Origin: Candidatus Nomurabacteria bacterium
GTDB taxonomy: Bacteria; Patescibacteriota; Minisyncoccia; Phycocordibacterales; UBA9973
Assembly (NCBI GenBank): GCA_029288725.1
Contig: JARIGS010000004.1
Span: 15,132-79,131, forward strand
Direction: 5' to 3'
DNA length: 64,000 nt
In this document: positions 9,779 to 20,068 of the stretch, one piece after another
Layout of the letters: each line of letters opens with the position of its first letter
Numbering within the stretch: position 1 is the first letter of the stretch
The notes under the pieces: generated by a model
Database searches by the model: none
Seen by the model: the letters and a program-made list of their open reading frames with translations, nothing else
Told to the model about the DNA's origin: nothing
Program-made: the position numbers and the translations under genes

Positions 9779-10483
9779 TTTCTTCCAAGGTAGGACCGTG
9801 GTGGCCTGGAAATGGCTGCCATCAATCATGGCGCCGGTTATCTTCACTCGTACACCGGGCATAATGATGGTATCAATGCGGGTATCTGGAGCAAATGTCA
9901 CTTCCCATGGCTGGCCATCGCTATCAACAATACTAAATCCGTATATGGTATTGGCCTGCACCTTTCCCGAAAGGAGTCCATCCTCAGGATAGATCCAAAT
10001 GTCACGGTTGCTACTGACCACCGTGCGATAGGCGGGAATAGCGTGATCAAAATAATTGTCGAGATATGCTCCGGCTCCGGCAAAAAATAAAACTGTCCCA
10101 AGGGCTAGACTTGCTCCCAGGCTCCAAAGAATAATTCTGCCTGAGGCGTAGCGATATCCTCGTCCGACCTTTTTAATATTGTTTGCAATCAAGAACATGG
10201 CACACATCAGAATGACAAGCCATACATAGGGGATGGTTTTTATAGCGTGCAGGAACCAGCCTTCGCGCAGCTGGCTTACGGCAAACCAGTCATGATCAGT
10301 GAGGATAAAGAGGGAAACAGTAACAGCAATGCTTCCGATAAGGGTGACAATGATAATGAATGTCATGAAGAACCATTGCTCGGTGAGGAAATACCACTGT
10401 GAGCGGGGGCGCAGTTTCTTGGCGTGAATCTCTTCCAGTATTTTGTTGTTCAATGCGTCATTGTTCATGGTGTTTTTCTTCAA
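9776..10483 (-). CDS. Membrane protein, probable anti-sigma partner
   Basis: 3 TM helices plus a beta-rich C-terminus; overlaps the ECF sigma gene (start likely 10468). Confidence 0.65.
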   Translation of the reverse strand: MKKNTMNNDALNNKILEEIHAKKLRPRSQWYFLTEQWFFMTFIIIVTLIGSIAVTVSLFILTDHDWFAVSQLREGWFLHAIKTIPYVWLVILMCAMFLIANNIKKVGRGYRYASGRIILWSLGASLALGTVLFFAGAGAYLDNYFDHAIPAYRTVVSSNRDIWIYPEDGLLSGKVQANTIYGFSIVDSDGQPWEVTFAPDTRIDTIIMPGVRVKITGAMIDGSHFQATTVLPWKK

Positions 10484-11033
10484 GGAGAGTTCTTAATCGT
10501 TGCTTTGCTCTGCTGAGTAGGGTAGCGATGGTCCCTGGAGGCTTTTGCAAAATATCCGCTATCTCATCATAGCTCTTGTCTTCGAAATATTTCAAGACAA
10601 TGACATCCTTGTATTTCTGATCAAGCATGTTCAGTACCTCCTTCATACGCTCCGCGTCAATCATTTCTTCTGTCTGTGTGGTCGGGTCTGTTTCGCCGTG
10701 GTCGGCATCGGCAAGCATTTCGGTGATATTCAGCTGTTCAAGTGATAGGGGCTGCAGCTGCTTTCGACGGAAATAACTCATTGTCTCGTTGTGGGTAATG
10801 CGATAGATCCACGATGAGAAAGGAAAGTCGTTGTTGTAGCCATTGAGGTTGCGATAGACCTTGATGAAGACCATCTGCAGAATGTCTTCCTGTTGGGCAG
10901 CGTCGCGCATGCCCAAGTGGCCGACATAGCGCATAAGCTTGGCCCGATAGCGATCCATGATATGACGGTAGGACTCAGGATCTTTTAGGGTGGCCGCCAC
11001 TAACTCTTTGTCGCTTTGTTCCTCGGGGGTCAT
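10458..11033 (-). CDS. ECF RNA polymerase sigma-70 factor
   Basis: EDILQMVFIKVY, FSSWIYRITHN (region 2); SYDEIADIL..P.GTI.T.LSRAK (region 4). Confidence 0.95.
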   Translation of the reverse strand: MTPEEQSDKELVAATLKDPESYRHIMDRYRAKLMRYVGHLGMRDAAQQEDILQMVFIKVYRNLNGYNNDFPFSSWIYRITHNETMSYFRRKQLQPLSLEQLNITEMLADADHGETDPTTQTEEMIDAERMKEVLNMLDQKYKDVIVLKYFEDKSYDEIADILQKPPGTIATLLSRAKQRLRTLLEEKHHEQ

Positions 11034-11080
11034 TACGAGCAGTATAGCGGAAATAAGCCTTTTCTGATAAGCTTTTGGCT

Positions 11081-12010
11081 ATGAATGAGTATCAAATCCT
11101 TCTTTTTTATAAATACGTGCATCTCGAAGACCCAGCCGCAGTAAGGGACTGGATCAGGGGGTTGTGTGAAAAATACCATTTCAAAGGGCGCCTCATCGTT
11201 GCCGCTGAAGGTATTAATTTTACCTTTGAGGGAAAGACTGCCGATACAGAGGCATTTATTGTGGACATGCAGAAAGATACACGTTTCTTGAACATTCATT
11301 TCAAGCGCAGTCCGGGTACTGGCGATGCATTTCCTAAACTGTCCGTGAAGCTTCGCGAAGAAATTGTGACCGGCAATCTCGGTGTCTGTGATGTAGATCC
11401 CAATGAAGTGACCGGTAAGCACCTGCCACCAGCAGAGCTTCACGAATGGATTCATTCCGGCAAGGAATTTTATATTATTGATATGCGCAATGCCTATGAG
11501 CACAAGGTAGGGAAGTTTGCCGGCTCAATCTGCCCTCCATTGGACAATTTCCGTGACTTGCCAAAAATTATTGACGGTATTGCCCACCTGAAAGACAAGA
11601 CTGTTGTTACGGTCTGTACTGGCGGTGTCCGTTGTGAAAAGGCCAGTGGCTATCTGATTACTCAAGGCTTCACTGATGTCTATCAGCTTGATGGCGGTAT
11701 TGTGTCATATATGGAAATGTTCCCGAACGAGGATTTCGAGGGCAAGCTCTACGTCTTTGATCGACGTCTTATGTTGGGCTTCTATACTGACGACCCAAAG
11801 CACAAGGTCATCGGTACGTGCGATCACTGCGGTGCTTCAAGCGAACAGTATGTGAACTGTGCCAACAAGACTTGTAACAAGCACATGATTCTTTGCGATG
11901 ATTGTGTTGCAAAGACTGTAGCAAAACATGGCGCACGTGTATGCCCTCAAGGATGCGGGCAAAAGAAGTCACTTTGGAGTAAGATAAAGAAAGTATGGAC
12001 AAAAAGCTAG
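11081..12010 (+). CDS. trhO: Rhodanese-domain tRNA uridine(34) hydroxylase (TrhO/YceA family)
   Basis: LLFYKY, GRLIVAAEGIN, DMRNAYE, CTGGVRCEKAS, QLDGGI. Confidence 0.88.
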   Translation: MNEYQILLFYKYVHLEDPAAVRDWIRGLCEKYHFKGRLIVAAEGINFTFEGKTADTEAFIVDMQKDTRFLNIHFKRSPGTGDAFPKLSVKLREEIVTGNLGVCDVDPNEVTGKHLPPAELHEWIHSGKEFYIIDMRNAYEHKVGKFAGSICPPLDNFRDLPKIIDGIAHLKDKTVVTVCTGGVRCEKASGYLITQGFTDVYQLDGGIVSYMEMFPNEDFEGKLYVFDRRLMLGFYTDDPKHKVIGTCDHCGASSEQYVNCANKTCNKHMILCDDCVAKTVAKHGARVCPQGCGQKKSLWSKIKKVWTKS

Positions 12011-12705
12011 AAGGAACCTTACATCCGCTTACCTTGGTTTTGGAAGAAATTTACGGCATTTTTGCCAAGCAGGGATTTTCTGTTGCCACTGGTCCGGAAC
12101 TCGAAGACGAATGGCATAACTTCGATGCATTGAATGTGCCCAAAGACCATCCGGCCCGTGACATGCAGGACACCTTTTTCATCAAGGGGCGTCCAGGCTT
12201 TGTGATGCGGACTCACACCTCACCAGTCCAGATTCGCTTTATGAAGGAACACGTTCCACCATTTGCGATCATTGCACCCGGTAAGGTCTTTCGTAATGAA
12301 TCAACTGATGCAACGCATGAGATGCAGTTTCACCAGTTGGAAGGATTGGTAGTTGGTGAGAACATTACTGTTGAACACTTGAAGGGAACACTGATCTCCT
12401 TCCTAAAAGAATTTTTTGGTGCACAAACAGAACTGCGTCTTCGCCCAAGCTTTTTCCCATTCGTTGAACCTGGTTTTGAAGTCGATGCTAAGGTTGGTGA
12501 CAAGTGGCTTGAAATTGGCGGTGCCGGCATGGTTCACCCTCATGTGTTTGAAGCGGCAGGCTATGATCCCAAAAAGGTCACCGGCTTTGCATTTGGCATG
12601 GGTGTCGACCGTTTGGCCAATGTGAAGTTTGGCGTGACTGACGTGCGCTTCTTCTATCAGGGCGACCTTCGTTTGAATCAATGGACTCCCACTGTTGAAC
12701 ACTAA
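11995..12705 (+). CDS. pheS: Phenylalanine-tRNA ligase alpha subunit (catalytic domain only)
   Basis: HPARDMQDTF, RTHTSPVQ, FHQLEG, FFPFVEP, GFAFGMGVDR. Confidence 0.96.
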   Translation: MDKKLEGTLHPLTLVLEEIYGIFAKQGFSVATGPELEDEWHNFDALNVPKDHPARDMQDTFFIKGRPGFVMRTHTSPVQIRFMKEHVPPFAIIAPGKVFRNESTDATHEMQFHQLEGLVVGENITVEHLKGTLISFLKEFFGAQTELRLRPSFFPFVEPGFEVDAKVGDKWLEIGGAGMVHPHVFEAAGYDPKKVTGFAFGMGVDRLANVKFGVTDVRFFYQGDLRLNQWTPTVEH

Positions 12706-12718
12706 GTATTGAACATAT

Positions 12719-14551
12719 ATGAAATACTCATACAACTGGTTACAATCACATATCGAAGACCCGCTTCCATCACCGGAGGTACTAAAGGAAACAATTATTT
12801 TTCATGCCTTTGAAGTGGAAGATATTGAAGTTATTGATGGCGATACTATTTTTGACATCAAGGTATTGCCTGACCGTGCAGGGGACTGTCTCAGCCACTA
12901 CGGTATGGCCCGAGAAATTGCCGGATTGCTGGACCTGAACTTCAATGACATCCAATACACAACGCCATCAGTGACTGATGAAGTATCAATCGATATTCAG
13001 TCACCGGCATGCCTGCGTTATGCAGCTGTTCGCATAGAAGGGGTACGGGTTGGTCCTTCACCGGAATGGCTAGTGCAGAAATTGGCAGCGGTGGGACAGC
13101 GTTCAATCAATACTGTCGTTGATGCAACCAATTTCATCTTGCTTGATCTTGGACAGCCGACGCATGTATTTGATGCGGAAAAGATTCAGGGCAGCATCGT
13201 TGTTCGTCAGGCTATGGCTGAAGAGAAGATCACTACGCTTGGCAGTGAGGACCCTTCGACAGGCTCAGGGCGTGAAAAAGTTCTGAATGATACGATGATG
13301 GTTATTGCTGATGCGGGAAAACCGCTTGCTATTGCAGGAGTAAAAGGAGGGAATGCAGCGGAAGTGACTGAAGCAACAACTTCTATCATTGCAGAAATTG
13401 CTAATTTTGATGCCGTTAGTGTTCGTAAGACTTCACGCAGTCTTGGATTGGTTACGGATGCGTCCAAAAGATTTGAAAACAATCTCTCACCTCAGGTAGT
13501 GGAAAGTGTGCGGGCAAAATTACTTGGCTTGATCCACTTGCTTGCTGGCGGAACAGTGGTAGCAGCAAGTGACCACTATCCGCATCCACAGACAGAACGA
13601 GCGATTGCATTCAGTCTCCATGATATGCAGCGCATGCTCGGCACTACTATTACCGATGTCAGTATTGTAAAATCCCTTGATCGGTATGGGTACAGTTATG
13701 ATGCCGTGCCGCATCCTGAAGAGGGAACGATGTATACGATGGCAGTGCCGTTGTGGCGTCAGGATATTACTGGCGCACATGACATGGCCGAGGAAATCGG
13801 ACGAGTAATCGGATACGATACTATTCCAAGCAGTCCATTGCCATTTACTCCTACTGTCATTCCTAATGAACAATATGAAAAGATTCGTGCCATCAAATAC
13901 TATCTTTCACAGCAGGGCTATAACGAGGTGATGAACTATACGTTTCGCAAAAAGGGTGACGTGCAGATTGCCTATGGTCCCAAGGATAAGAGCGCATTGC
14001 GCAGCAACTTGAGCGATGCGATGAAGGAAAGTTATGAGATGAACCGCCTCAATGCGCCAGTGCTCGGTCTTGCAGAAGTGAAGCTATTTGAAGTCGGTAC
14101 GGTCTTTGCAGAAAATGGTTCCGCCTCCGCACAAGGCTCTGGCGAGACGAAGGAATCAATGCACGTAGTTATTGCTGACAAAACCGGTATCAAGGAAAGT
14201 ACTGTAGAAGCATTTGAACTTCCTGATGGCATAGTGATCCCTCCGACCACCATCACCCCGAAACCGTTCGTGCCGTGGTCTGTCTATCCATTTATTGTAC
14301 GCGATATCGCAGTGTGGGTGGATGATGCGGCTATGCTGCCCAACTTGGAGGCAATGGTGCAGGACTTTGCTCGTGCGCACTGTGTCCGATCAGCCGTATT
14401 GTTTGATACCTTTACCAAGGAAGGTAAGACTAGTGTGGCCTACCGTCTGGTCTTTCAGTCAAAGGATAAAACCCTGACTGATGGGGAAGTGGAACCACTA
14501 TTTAAAACGCTCGTTGATGCCATTTCTAGCAAGGGAATGACCATTCGCTAA
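12719..14551 (+). CDS. pheT: Phenylalanine-tRNA ligase beta subunit (short form lacking the B2 OB domain)
   Basis: DRAGDCLSHYG, GQPTHVFD, DMAEEIGR, RDIAVWV...KTLTDGEV. Confidence 0.95.
   Translation: MKYSYNWLQSHIEDPLPSPEVLKETIIFHAFEVEDIEVIDGDTIFDIKVLPDRAGDCLSHYGMAREIAGLLDLNFNDIQYTTPSVTDEVSIDIQSPACLRYAAVRIEGVRVGPSPEWLVQKLAAVGQRSINTVVDATNFILLDLGQPTHVFDAEKIQGSIVVRQAMAEEKITTLGSEDPSTGSGREKVLNDTMMVIADAGKPLAIAGVKGGNAAEVTEATTSIIAEIANFDAVSVRKTSRSLGLVTDASKRFENNLSPQVVESVRAKLLGLIHLLAGGTVVAASDHYPHPQTERAIAFSLHDMQRMLGTTITDVSIVKSLDRYGYSYDAVPHPEEGTMYTMAVPLWRQDITGAHDMAEEIGRVIGYDTIPSSPLPFTPTVIPNEQYEKIRAIKYYLSQQGYNEVMNYTFRKKGDVQIAYGPKDKSALRSNLSDAMKESYEMNRLNAPVLGLAEVKLFEVGTVFAENGSASAQGSGETKESMHVVIADKTGIKESTVEAFELPDGIVIPPTTITPKPFVPWSVYPFIVRDIAVWVDDAAMLPNLEAMVQDFARAHCVRSAVLFDTFTKEGKTSVAYRLVFQSKDKTLTDGEVEPLFKTLVDAISSKGMTIR
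13252..13271 (+). repeat. Family-B palindromic repeat, in frame in pheT
   Basis: cccttcgacaggctcagggc (PSTGSG). Confidence 0.7.
14120..14153 (+). repeat. Family-A palindromic repeat, in frame in pheT
   Basis: tccgcctccgcacaaggctctggcgagacgaagg; near-identical to 14768-14800. Confidence 0.85.
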
Positions 14552-14581
14552 GGACAAAAAATATTTGCTATACTGTCCGAT

Positions 14582-15151
14582 ATGAATACAAAATCAATTA
14601 TCGGCATCATTGTAGTTATCATTATTATTGTGCTTATCGCGGTATGGCTGCATAAGGCACCTGCATCTCCTGCTCAACCTGCTACTCCGGCGGTGACGCA
14701 GACTGATGGTCAGGCCACCCCCATCAATCAGGCTGCTCCTGCCTCAGCACCAGCTCCGGCAAATGGATCCGCCTCCGCACAAGGCTCTGGCGAGACAAGG
14801 AAAATTATCAGTACTAAGACAGTAAACAATATGAAAATTGAAGTAACAAAAGAAGGATCAGGACCAGCTATTACCAACGGACAGACTGCCGTAATGCTCT
14901 ATACCGGCAAGCTCACTGACGGTTCAGTCTTTGATTCAACCGATAAGCACGGTGGTCAGCCATTCTCATTCACCCTTGGTGCTGGTCAGGTTATCAAAGG
15001 ATGGGATGAAGGTATTCTTGGCATGAAGGTAGGTGAGGAACGCACCCTTACCATTCCACCAGAACTAGGCTATGGCGCAAATGGTTTTCCTCCAGTAATC
15101 CCACAGAATGCGACCCTCGTATTTGATGTAACATTAGTAGGAATTAAATAA
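14582..15151 (+). CDS. FKBP-type peptidyl-prolyl isomerase with N-terminal TM anchor
   Basis: [34 protein letters not shown]. Confidence 0.95.
   Translation: MNTKSIIGIIVVIIIIVLIAVWLHKAPASPAQPATPAVTQTDGQATPINQAAPASAPAPANGSASAQGSGETRKIISTKTVNNMKIEVTKEGSGPAITNGQTAVMLYTGKLTDGSVFDSTDKHGGQPFSFTLGAGQVIKGWDEGILGMKVGEERTLTIPPELGYGANGFPPVIPQNATLVFDVTLVGIK
14768..14800 (+). repeat. Family-A palindromic repeat, in frame in the FKBP linker
   Basis: tccgcctccgcacaaggctctggcgagacaagg. Confidence 0.85.
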
Positions 15152-15162
15152 TACTTTCTTAT

Positions 15163-15960
15163 ATGCAACCATTCATGGAAAAATACCAGCACATTATCAT
15201 TCGCCTTATTGTCGTTATCGGAGTATTTCTCGCGCTCTTTCTCATCATCGCAACATTTGGCCAGGTGAAGTCATATAAGTACATCGGTTCAGGATTGCCT
15301 GCATCAAATGTAATCACCGTTCAGGGTCATGGGGAAGTAGAAAAGGCTCCTGATACTGCCAAGTTCTCATTTACCGTACAGAATGAAGACAAAAATACTG
15401 CTACTGCTCAGGATGTCGTCTCCAAGAAGGTCGCCCAGGTAAAGGCTGACCTCCTTGCGGCTGGCGTAGAGGAAAAGTACCTCACGACTGACTCATACAA
15501 TTCATACCCTGACTACCAGTACAATACAGTCGAATGCTTCCGTGCCCCTTGCCCTTCATCTCAGCAGACACTGAAGGGATACATCGTTTCTCAGACTGTG
15601 AAGGTCAGCTTGAAGGATCTCACCAAGAGCGAGACTGTTGCTGGTATTCTCGGCAAGGATGGCGTGACTAGCATCGATGGTCCAAATCTTGGCTTCGAGG
15701 ATCCGCATGAAGTAAGCAACGAAGCACGCGATCAGGCTATCGCTGATGCCAAAACTCAGGCAGATGTCTTGGCAAAGCAGCTTGGCGTATCATTGGTTCG
15801 CATCGTTTCATTCAATGAAAATGGCGGTGGCAATCCTATGCCAATGTACAACAAGGCAGCACTTTCAGCCGTTGCTCCAACTGCAGCAGCTGCACCAAGT
15901 ATTCCAACTGGAGTACAGACTGTCACTTCTGATGTAACTATCACGTACGAAATTAGATAG
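15163..15960 (+). CDS. SIMPL/DUF541 family protein
   Basis: ITVQGHGEVEKAPDTA, ARDQAIADAKTQA..LAKQLGV.L, V.ITYEI. Confidence 0.9.
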   Translation: MQPFMEKYQHIIIRLIVVIGVFLALFLIIATFGQVKSYKYIGSGLPASNVITVQGHGEVEKAPDTAKFSFTVQNEDKNTATAQDVVSKKVAQVKADLLAAGVEEKYLTTDSYNSYPDYQYNTVECFRAPCPSSQQTLKGYIVSQTVKVSLKDLTKSETVAGILGKDGVTSIDGPNLGFEDPHEVSNEARDQAIADAKTQADVLAKQLGVSLVRIVSFNENGGGNPMPMYNKAALSAVAPTAAAAPSIPTGVQTVTSDVTITYEIR

Positions 15961-15973
15961 TGTAGTAGCAAAG

Positions 15974-16068
15974 AAAAAAGCTTCCTGAAGCAGGCTTCGC
16001 AGGGCTGGCCCGAGACCGAGCAATTTTTCAGCAGAAAAATATGCGTACTGCGGAAGGAATGCTTTTTT
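15974..16068 (+). repeat. Structured intergenic element (family C), copy 1
   Basis: 28-nt core agcaatttttcagcagaaaaatatgcgt (16019-16046) is identical to the reverse complement of 46930-46957; enclosed by an outer stem. Confidence 0.7.
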
Positions 16069-16164
16069 CGGAGCCATTTTCCTTGCTATTGACTAAGAAA
16101 TGCCCTTAAGGTATTATTGAAAAGTAATGCCCCCGGGGCGTTTTTTAGTATAAAAAAGAAACAT

Positions 16165-16347
16165 ATGAGTATTGCATCATTCTTAAAAGAAACCCGAAAT
16201 GAAATGCGCCTGGTCGTATGGCCTTCACGCCGCCGCACCATCGCCTACACCGTTATCATCATCGTGCTTTCACTAGCACTCGGCTACCTTCTGAACGGTC
16301 TTGATCTTGGCTTCCGTACATTATTGGGTCACTTCATCATCAAATAA
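16165..16347 (+). CDS. secE: Preprotein translocase subunit SecE
   Basis: FLKETRNEMRLVVWPSR plus one TM; upstream of nusG. Confidence 0.93.
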   Translation: MSIASFLKETRNEMRLVVWPSRRRTIAYTVIIIVLSLALGYLLNGLDLGFRTLLGHFIIK

Positions 16348-16352
16348 CCATC

Positions 16353-16901
16353 ATGGCGAAACAAGAAGAAAATCAGGAGCGTCACTGGTACGCGATTCAT
16401 ACATACTCTGGCTATGAAAATGCCGTGCTTCGTAATCTCAAGCAGCGTATCGAATCACTGGGCATGGAAGACAAGATATTCAATGTTGTTGTTCCTACTG
16501 AAAAGAAAATCAAGATCAAGGCAGGGAAGCGCGTTGAAGTAGAAGAAAAGGTCTACCCAGGGTACATTCTCGTTGACATGATCGTGACTGACGACTCATG
16601 GTTCGTGGTCCGCAATACGCCACGCGTAACCGGATTCGTTGGTTCAGGTGTCACACCGGTACCGCTTACTCAGAAGGAAATCGACTACTTGCTCGGTCAG
16701 ATGAATGACGATCAGGAAGCAAAGCACGCTATCGATCTTGAGGTTGGCGAAACAATCATCATCAATGACGGTCCATTCAAGGATTCAGAAGGTCGTGTTA
16801 ATGAAGTTGACCGCGAACGCGGTAAGGTCAAGGTCTTCGTGTCGCTCTTCGGTCGCGAAACCCCTGTCGAATTGGACTTCTTGCAGGTCAAGAAGATGTA
16901 A
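16353..16901 (+). CDS. nusG: Transcription factor NusG
   Basis: WYAIHTYSGYE, PGYILV, GPF, FGRETPVEL. Confidence 0.97.
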   Translation: MAKQEENQERHWYAIHTYSGYENAVLRNLKQRIESLGMEDKIFNVVVPTEKKIKIKAGKRVEVEEKVYPGYILVDMIVTDDSWFVVRNTPRVTGFVGSGVTPVPLTQKEIDYLLGQMNDDQEAKHAIDLEVGETIIINDGPFKDSEGRVNEVDRERGKVKVFVSLFGRETPVELDFLQVKKM

Positions 16902-16979
16902 TGGACAAAAGCGTTATTTCTGATATAGTAAATCCCGTTACGCTAACGCTTCACTTTAGTAAAACAACCGTTATCTTAT

Positions 16980-17405
16980 ATGGCAAAAAACATTACAAAA
17001 CGCATCAAACTCCAGGCTATGGGTGCCATGGCAACCCCTGCGCCACCACTTGGTCCAGCGCTTGGTCAGGCTGGTATTAACATCTCTGACTTCGTTCAGA
17101 AATTCAATGCCGCTACCCAGGAACAGAAGGGTGAAAAGCTCGGTGTGAAGGTGGTAGTCTACGATGATCGTTCATACGACTTCGTGGTAACTACTCCCCC
17201 TGTCACCAGTCTCCTTCTTAAGGCCGCTGGTATCGACAAGGGTTCAGCAAAGCCTCGCACTTCAAAGGCAGGCAAGGTCACTCGTGAACAGGTTCGTGCA
17301 ATTGCAGAACGCAAAATGCCTGACTTGAACGCAAACGACATCGACGCCGCGATGAAAATCGTCGAAGGCTCAGCTCGCTCAGCCGGCATCGAAGTGGTTG
17401 GATAG
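16980..17405 (+). CDS. rplK: 50S ribosomal protein L11
   Basis: ATPAPPLGPALGQ, KMPDLNA, GSARSAG. Confidence 0.97.
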   Translation: MAKNITKRIKLQAMGAMATPAPPLGPALGQAGINISDFVQKFNAATQEQKGEKLGVKVVVYDDRSYDFVVTTPPVTSLLLKAAGIDKGSAKPRTSKAGKVTREQVRAIAERKMPDLNANDIDAAMKIVEGSARSAGIEVVG

Positions 17406-17420
17406 ACCCTTCCATGAAAA

Positions 17421-17460
17421 GAAAAATCCCTCTTTTGAAATTCAATTGAGGGATTTTTTT
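17421..17460. terminator. Bidirectional terminator after rplK
   Basis: aaaaatccctc...gagggattttttt. Confidence 0.75.
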
Positions 17461-17462
17461 AA

Positions 17463-17978
17463 TTAGAAATTCATTGGCTCATTTCGATACCTTACTATCG
17501 TTGCTCCGGCAAAGTGCCTGTCTTTCGGGATTTCACCTACCACTAACGGTTGCCATTCCAGCGACGAGAGCGGTTCAAAAGCCTCGGCATTTTCAATGGC
17601 CGCATGTATGGTAATGACATACGTTGATCCTATCTGCTCCTTATGCTCAACAAAGGCTGATTCACGAAGGGGTTTGTCGCACAAGACATAGACTGTTTTG
17701 TGGCTTTCACCGATATGCTCCAACGCTTCAGCAATTGAAGAAACAAAACTAGTATTGGTCACTCCTCGTGCCAGAACGCCGGGTCTCTCGCTGACAATAT
17801 ATACTCTGCGTGAACTGAATGGTGGAGAGGTATTGGTGAGACCTTCAAATAAATCTCTTGAGAGGATAACAATATTGTCGATAGTAAGCTTGTTGAAATA
17901 ATGACTCATTTCAATATGACCAGTAGGGGAATAAGCGTTGTTATTTCCAATAAAAATAATTGGTTCTATATTTTTCAT
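17463..17978 (-). CDS. Divergent dihydrofolate reductase-like protein
   Basis: F..LT....VI, RR.YIVS, SSIAEAL and VY(V) layout fit the DHFR fold, but the LPW/D, MGRKT and IGG motifs are lost; near thyA. Confidence 0.55.
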   Translation of the reverse strand: MKNIEPIIFIGNNNAYSPTGHIEMSHYFNKLTIDNIVILSRDLFEGLTNTSPPFSSRRVYIVSERPGVLARGVTNTSFVSSIAEALEHIGESHKTVYVLCDKPLRESAFVEHKEQIGSTYVITIHAAIENAEAFEPLSSLEWQPLVVGEIPKDRHFAGATIVRYRNEPMNF

Positions 17979-18067
17979 AATGTGCCTTTTTCAGGATACT
18001 ACCTTTAAATGGGGGAAAAGGAAAGAAAAATGCCGTCCCCATTATAGGGGGCGGCATTGGTTTTGCA

Positions 18068-18670
18068 TCAAATGGTTTTAATAAACTCCATCCATTTATT
18101 GTTACCGGGCTGGAACTTTTTATAATACTGACTCGGTTGAGGTTTCTTACCGCCGTATCCATTATTGGAAAGCTTGGAGGAACCGTAAGCATTTTCACAT
18201 GGGCTTGAGAGAGTATCAAAACTAATTTGTGCAACCGGCATACCCCAATACAAAGTGATAGGGGCGTGATTTGCATTGTATAACTCAAGGGTCATACAAA
18301 GCTGATTACCAGGATTAAGGGTGCTTGCCGTGACATGCACAAACGTTCCGAGCCGACCAAGTGAGCTCAATCCATCAAGCCTTCCTACGTGGCAATTATC
18401 AACGCCTACACATTATTCTAAGACACCAAGTGCGAATTCGCCAGGGTGTAAAACAAATGGTTTGTTTTGGCTGATTTCTACTTCCCGCATCATATGCTCA
18501 ACTGATTCTTCTGGTTGAATGTGCGTTGTATCATTTCTTACATACACTAAAAAGTGCTTGCCAAGGTGTACGTCAACTGATGCGCTCTGGATGCTGTTAG
18601 GAAATAAGGGGTCAATGGTTATTGAGCCATTGTCTAATGCGACTTTAATATCTCTATCTGAAAGTGCCAT
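18068..18670 (-). pseudogene. dcd: dCTP deaminase interrupted by an in-frame TAA at 18413-18415
   Basis: LSDRDI, IQSASVDVHLG, LHPGEFALG-VLE*CVG-...SSLGRLG, TLELYN, VAQISF all lie in one frame. Confidence 0.85.
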
Positions 18671-18771
18671 AATTTTGATTTTTCTTCACATTACGGATTT
18701 TATAGTAAAAGTCAATTCATTGCTTATTTTGAAGGTTTTGTTAAAGTACTGAAAACTAAAGCATTAAAAAT

Positions 18772-19230
18772 ATGAAAGGTATACACGTTTATTTCAGTTG
18801 CGGATTAACTGGTGTGACTGATGAGTACAAGCAGGGCGCATTTTTACTGAGAGAAGAAATAAGAAAGATCCCCGGCGTTACGATCCTAGATTTTTGCGAG
18901 CCTGGTATTGGTGAAATCCAATCCAGCCTCGATGATGAGCATGTATACATTAATGATATACATGCATGTGTTGCAAAAGCAGACGCTATTGTCGCAGATG
19001 TCTCATTAGCTTCTTTTGGTGTCGGATACGAGTTGGGCGTAGGAATAGAAAAATATAAAATTCCAACATTCATGTGCAAAAAAATCGATGTTCGTATCTC
19101 TAAGATAGCGATGGGGACATCAATACATAATGACTATGTCACAATGGGCCATTATCATGAATCTCTCATAGAATTATTACCCAACGTAAAGCTCTTTTTA
19201 GAAAAAGTTATTCAGCAAAAAGATCAATAA
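18772..19230 (+). CDS. Nucleoside 2-deoxyribosyltransferase / Rcl-like N-glycosidase
   Basis: VYFSCG, IND...V.KADAIVADVS..SFGVGYELG. Confidence 0.85.
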   Translation: MKGIHVYFSCGLTGVTDEYKQGAFLLREEIRKIPGVTILDFCEPGIGEIQSSLDDEHVYINDIHACVAKADAIVADVSLASFGVGYELGVGIEKYKIPTFMCKKIDVRISKIAMGTSIHNDYVTMGHYHESLIELLPNVKLFLEKVIQQKDQ

Positions 19231-19273
19231 TAAAAGCCCCCGATAATTCGGGGGCTTTGTACTGTGTAATATA

Positions 19274-20068
19274 TTACACAGCAATAGGTGCTTTAATGTT
19301 TGGCCAAGCATCGTAGTCTTCCAAAGTGAAGTCATCGTAGGTAAAAGAAAAAATATCTTTTACCTCAGGGTTGAGTTTCATCTTCGGAAGTTTACGTGGT
19401 TCGCGAGCAAGTTGGGTGCTAACTTGTTCAAAATGATTGTTGTACAAATGCACATCTCCACCGGTCCAAATAAAGTCGCCCACTTCCAGACCAACAACTT
19501 GAGCAACCATCATAGTCAATAATGCATATGACGCAATATTAAACGGAACACCGAGGAAGGTATCACAGCTTCGTTGGTAGAGCTGGCAGCTTAGTTTTCC
19601 ATTAGCAACATAAAACTGAAATAGGCAATGGCAGGGAGGAAGTACCATTTGATCAACGTCGGCAACATTCCATGCGGATACAATTATTCTCCTTGAGTCA
19701 GGAGAAGTCTTAAGCTGCTTTATTATCTGAGCAATCTGATCGATATGCGTTCCGGTGGGAGTCGGCCAAGATCGCCATTGGTAACCGTATACTGGACCTA
19801 AATTTCCTTGTTCATCGGCCCATTGGTCCCAGATTTTCACGCCATTATCATTCAGGTACTTGATATTAGTATCACCATTCAAGAACCAAATGAGTTCGTG
19901 AATGATTGATTTCAGATGCAACTTTTTTGTTGTCGTCAAAGGAAACCCTTCGCTGAGATCAAATCTCATTTGATACCCAAAAATACTTCTTGTCCCGACA
20001 CCAGTCCGGTCAGTTTTGTCTGCACCGTTTTGCATGATGTGCTTCATAAGGTCTAAATACTGCTTCAT
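19274..20068 (-). CDS. thyA: Thymidylate synthase
   Basis: [45 protein letters not shown]. Confidence 0.98.
   Translation of the reverse strand: MKQYLDLMKHIMQNGADKTDRTGVGTRSIFGYQMRFDLSEGFPLTTTKKLHLKSIIHELIWFLNGDTNIKYLNDNGVKIWDQWADEQGNLGPVYGYQWRSWPTPTGTHIDQIAQIIKQLKTSPDSRRIIVSAWNVADVDQMVLPPCHCLFQFYVANGKLSCQLYQRSCDTFLGVPFNIASYALLTMMVAQVVGLEVGDFIWTGGDVHLYNNHFEQVSTQLAREPRKLPKMKLNPEVKDIFSFTYDDFTLEDYDAWPNIKAPIAV

Noticed and set aside
18413-18415. Stop-codon recoding (alternative genetic code)
   Set aside because: TAA, TAG and TGA all terminate other genes normally; this is a single isolated event.
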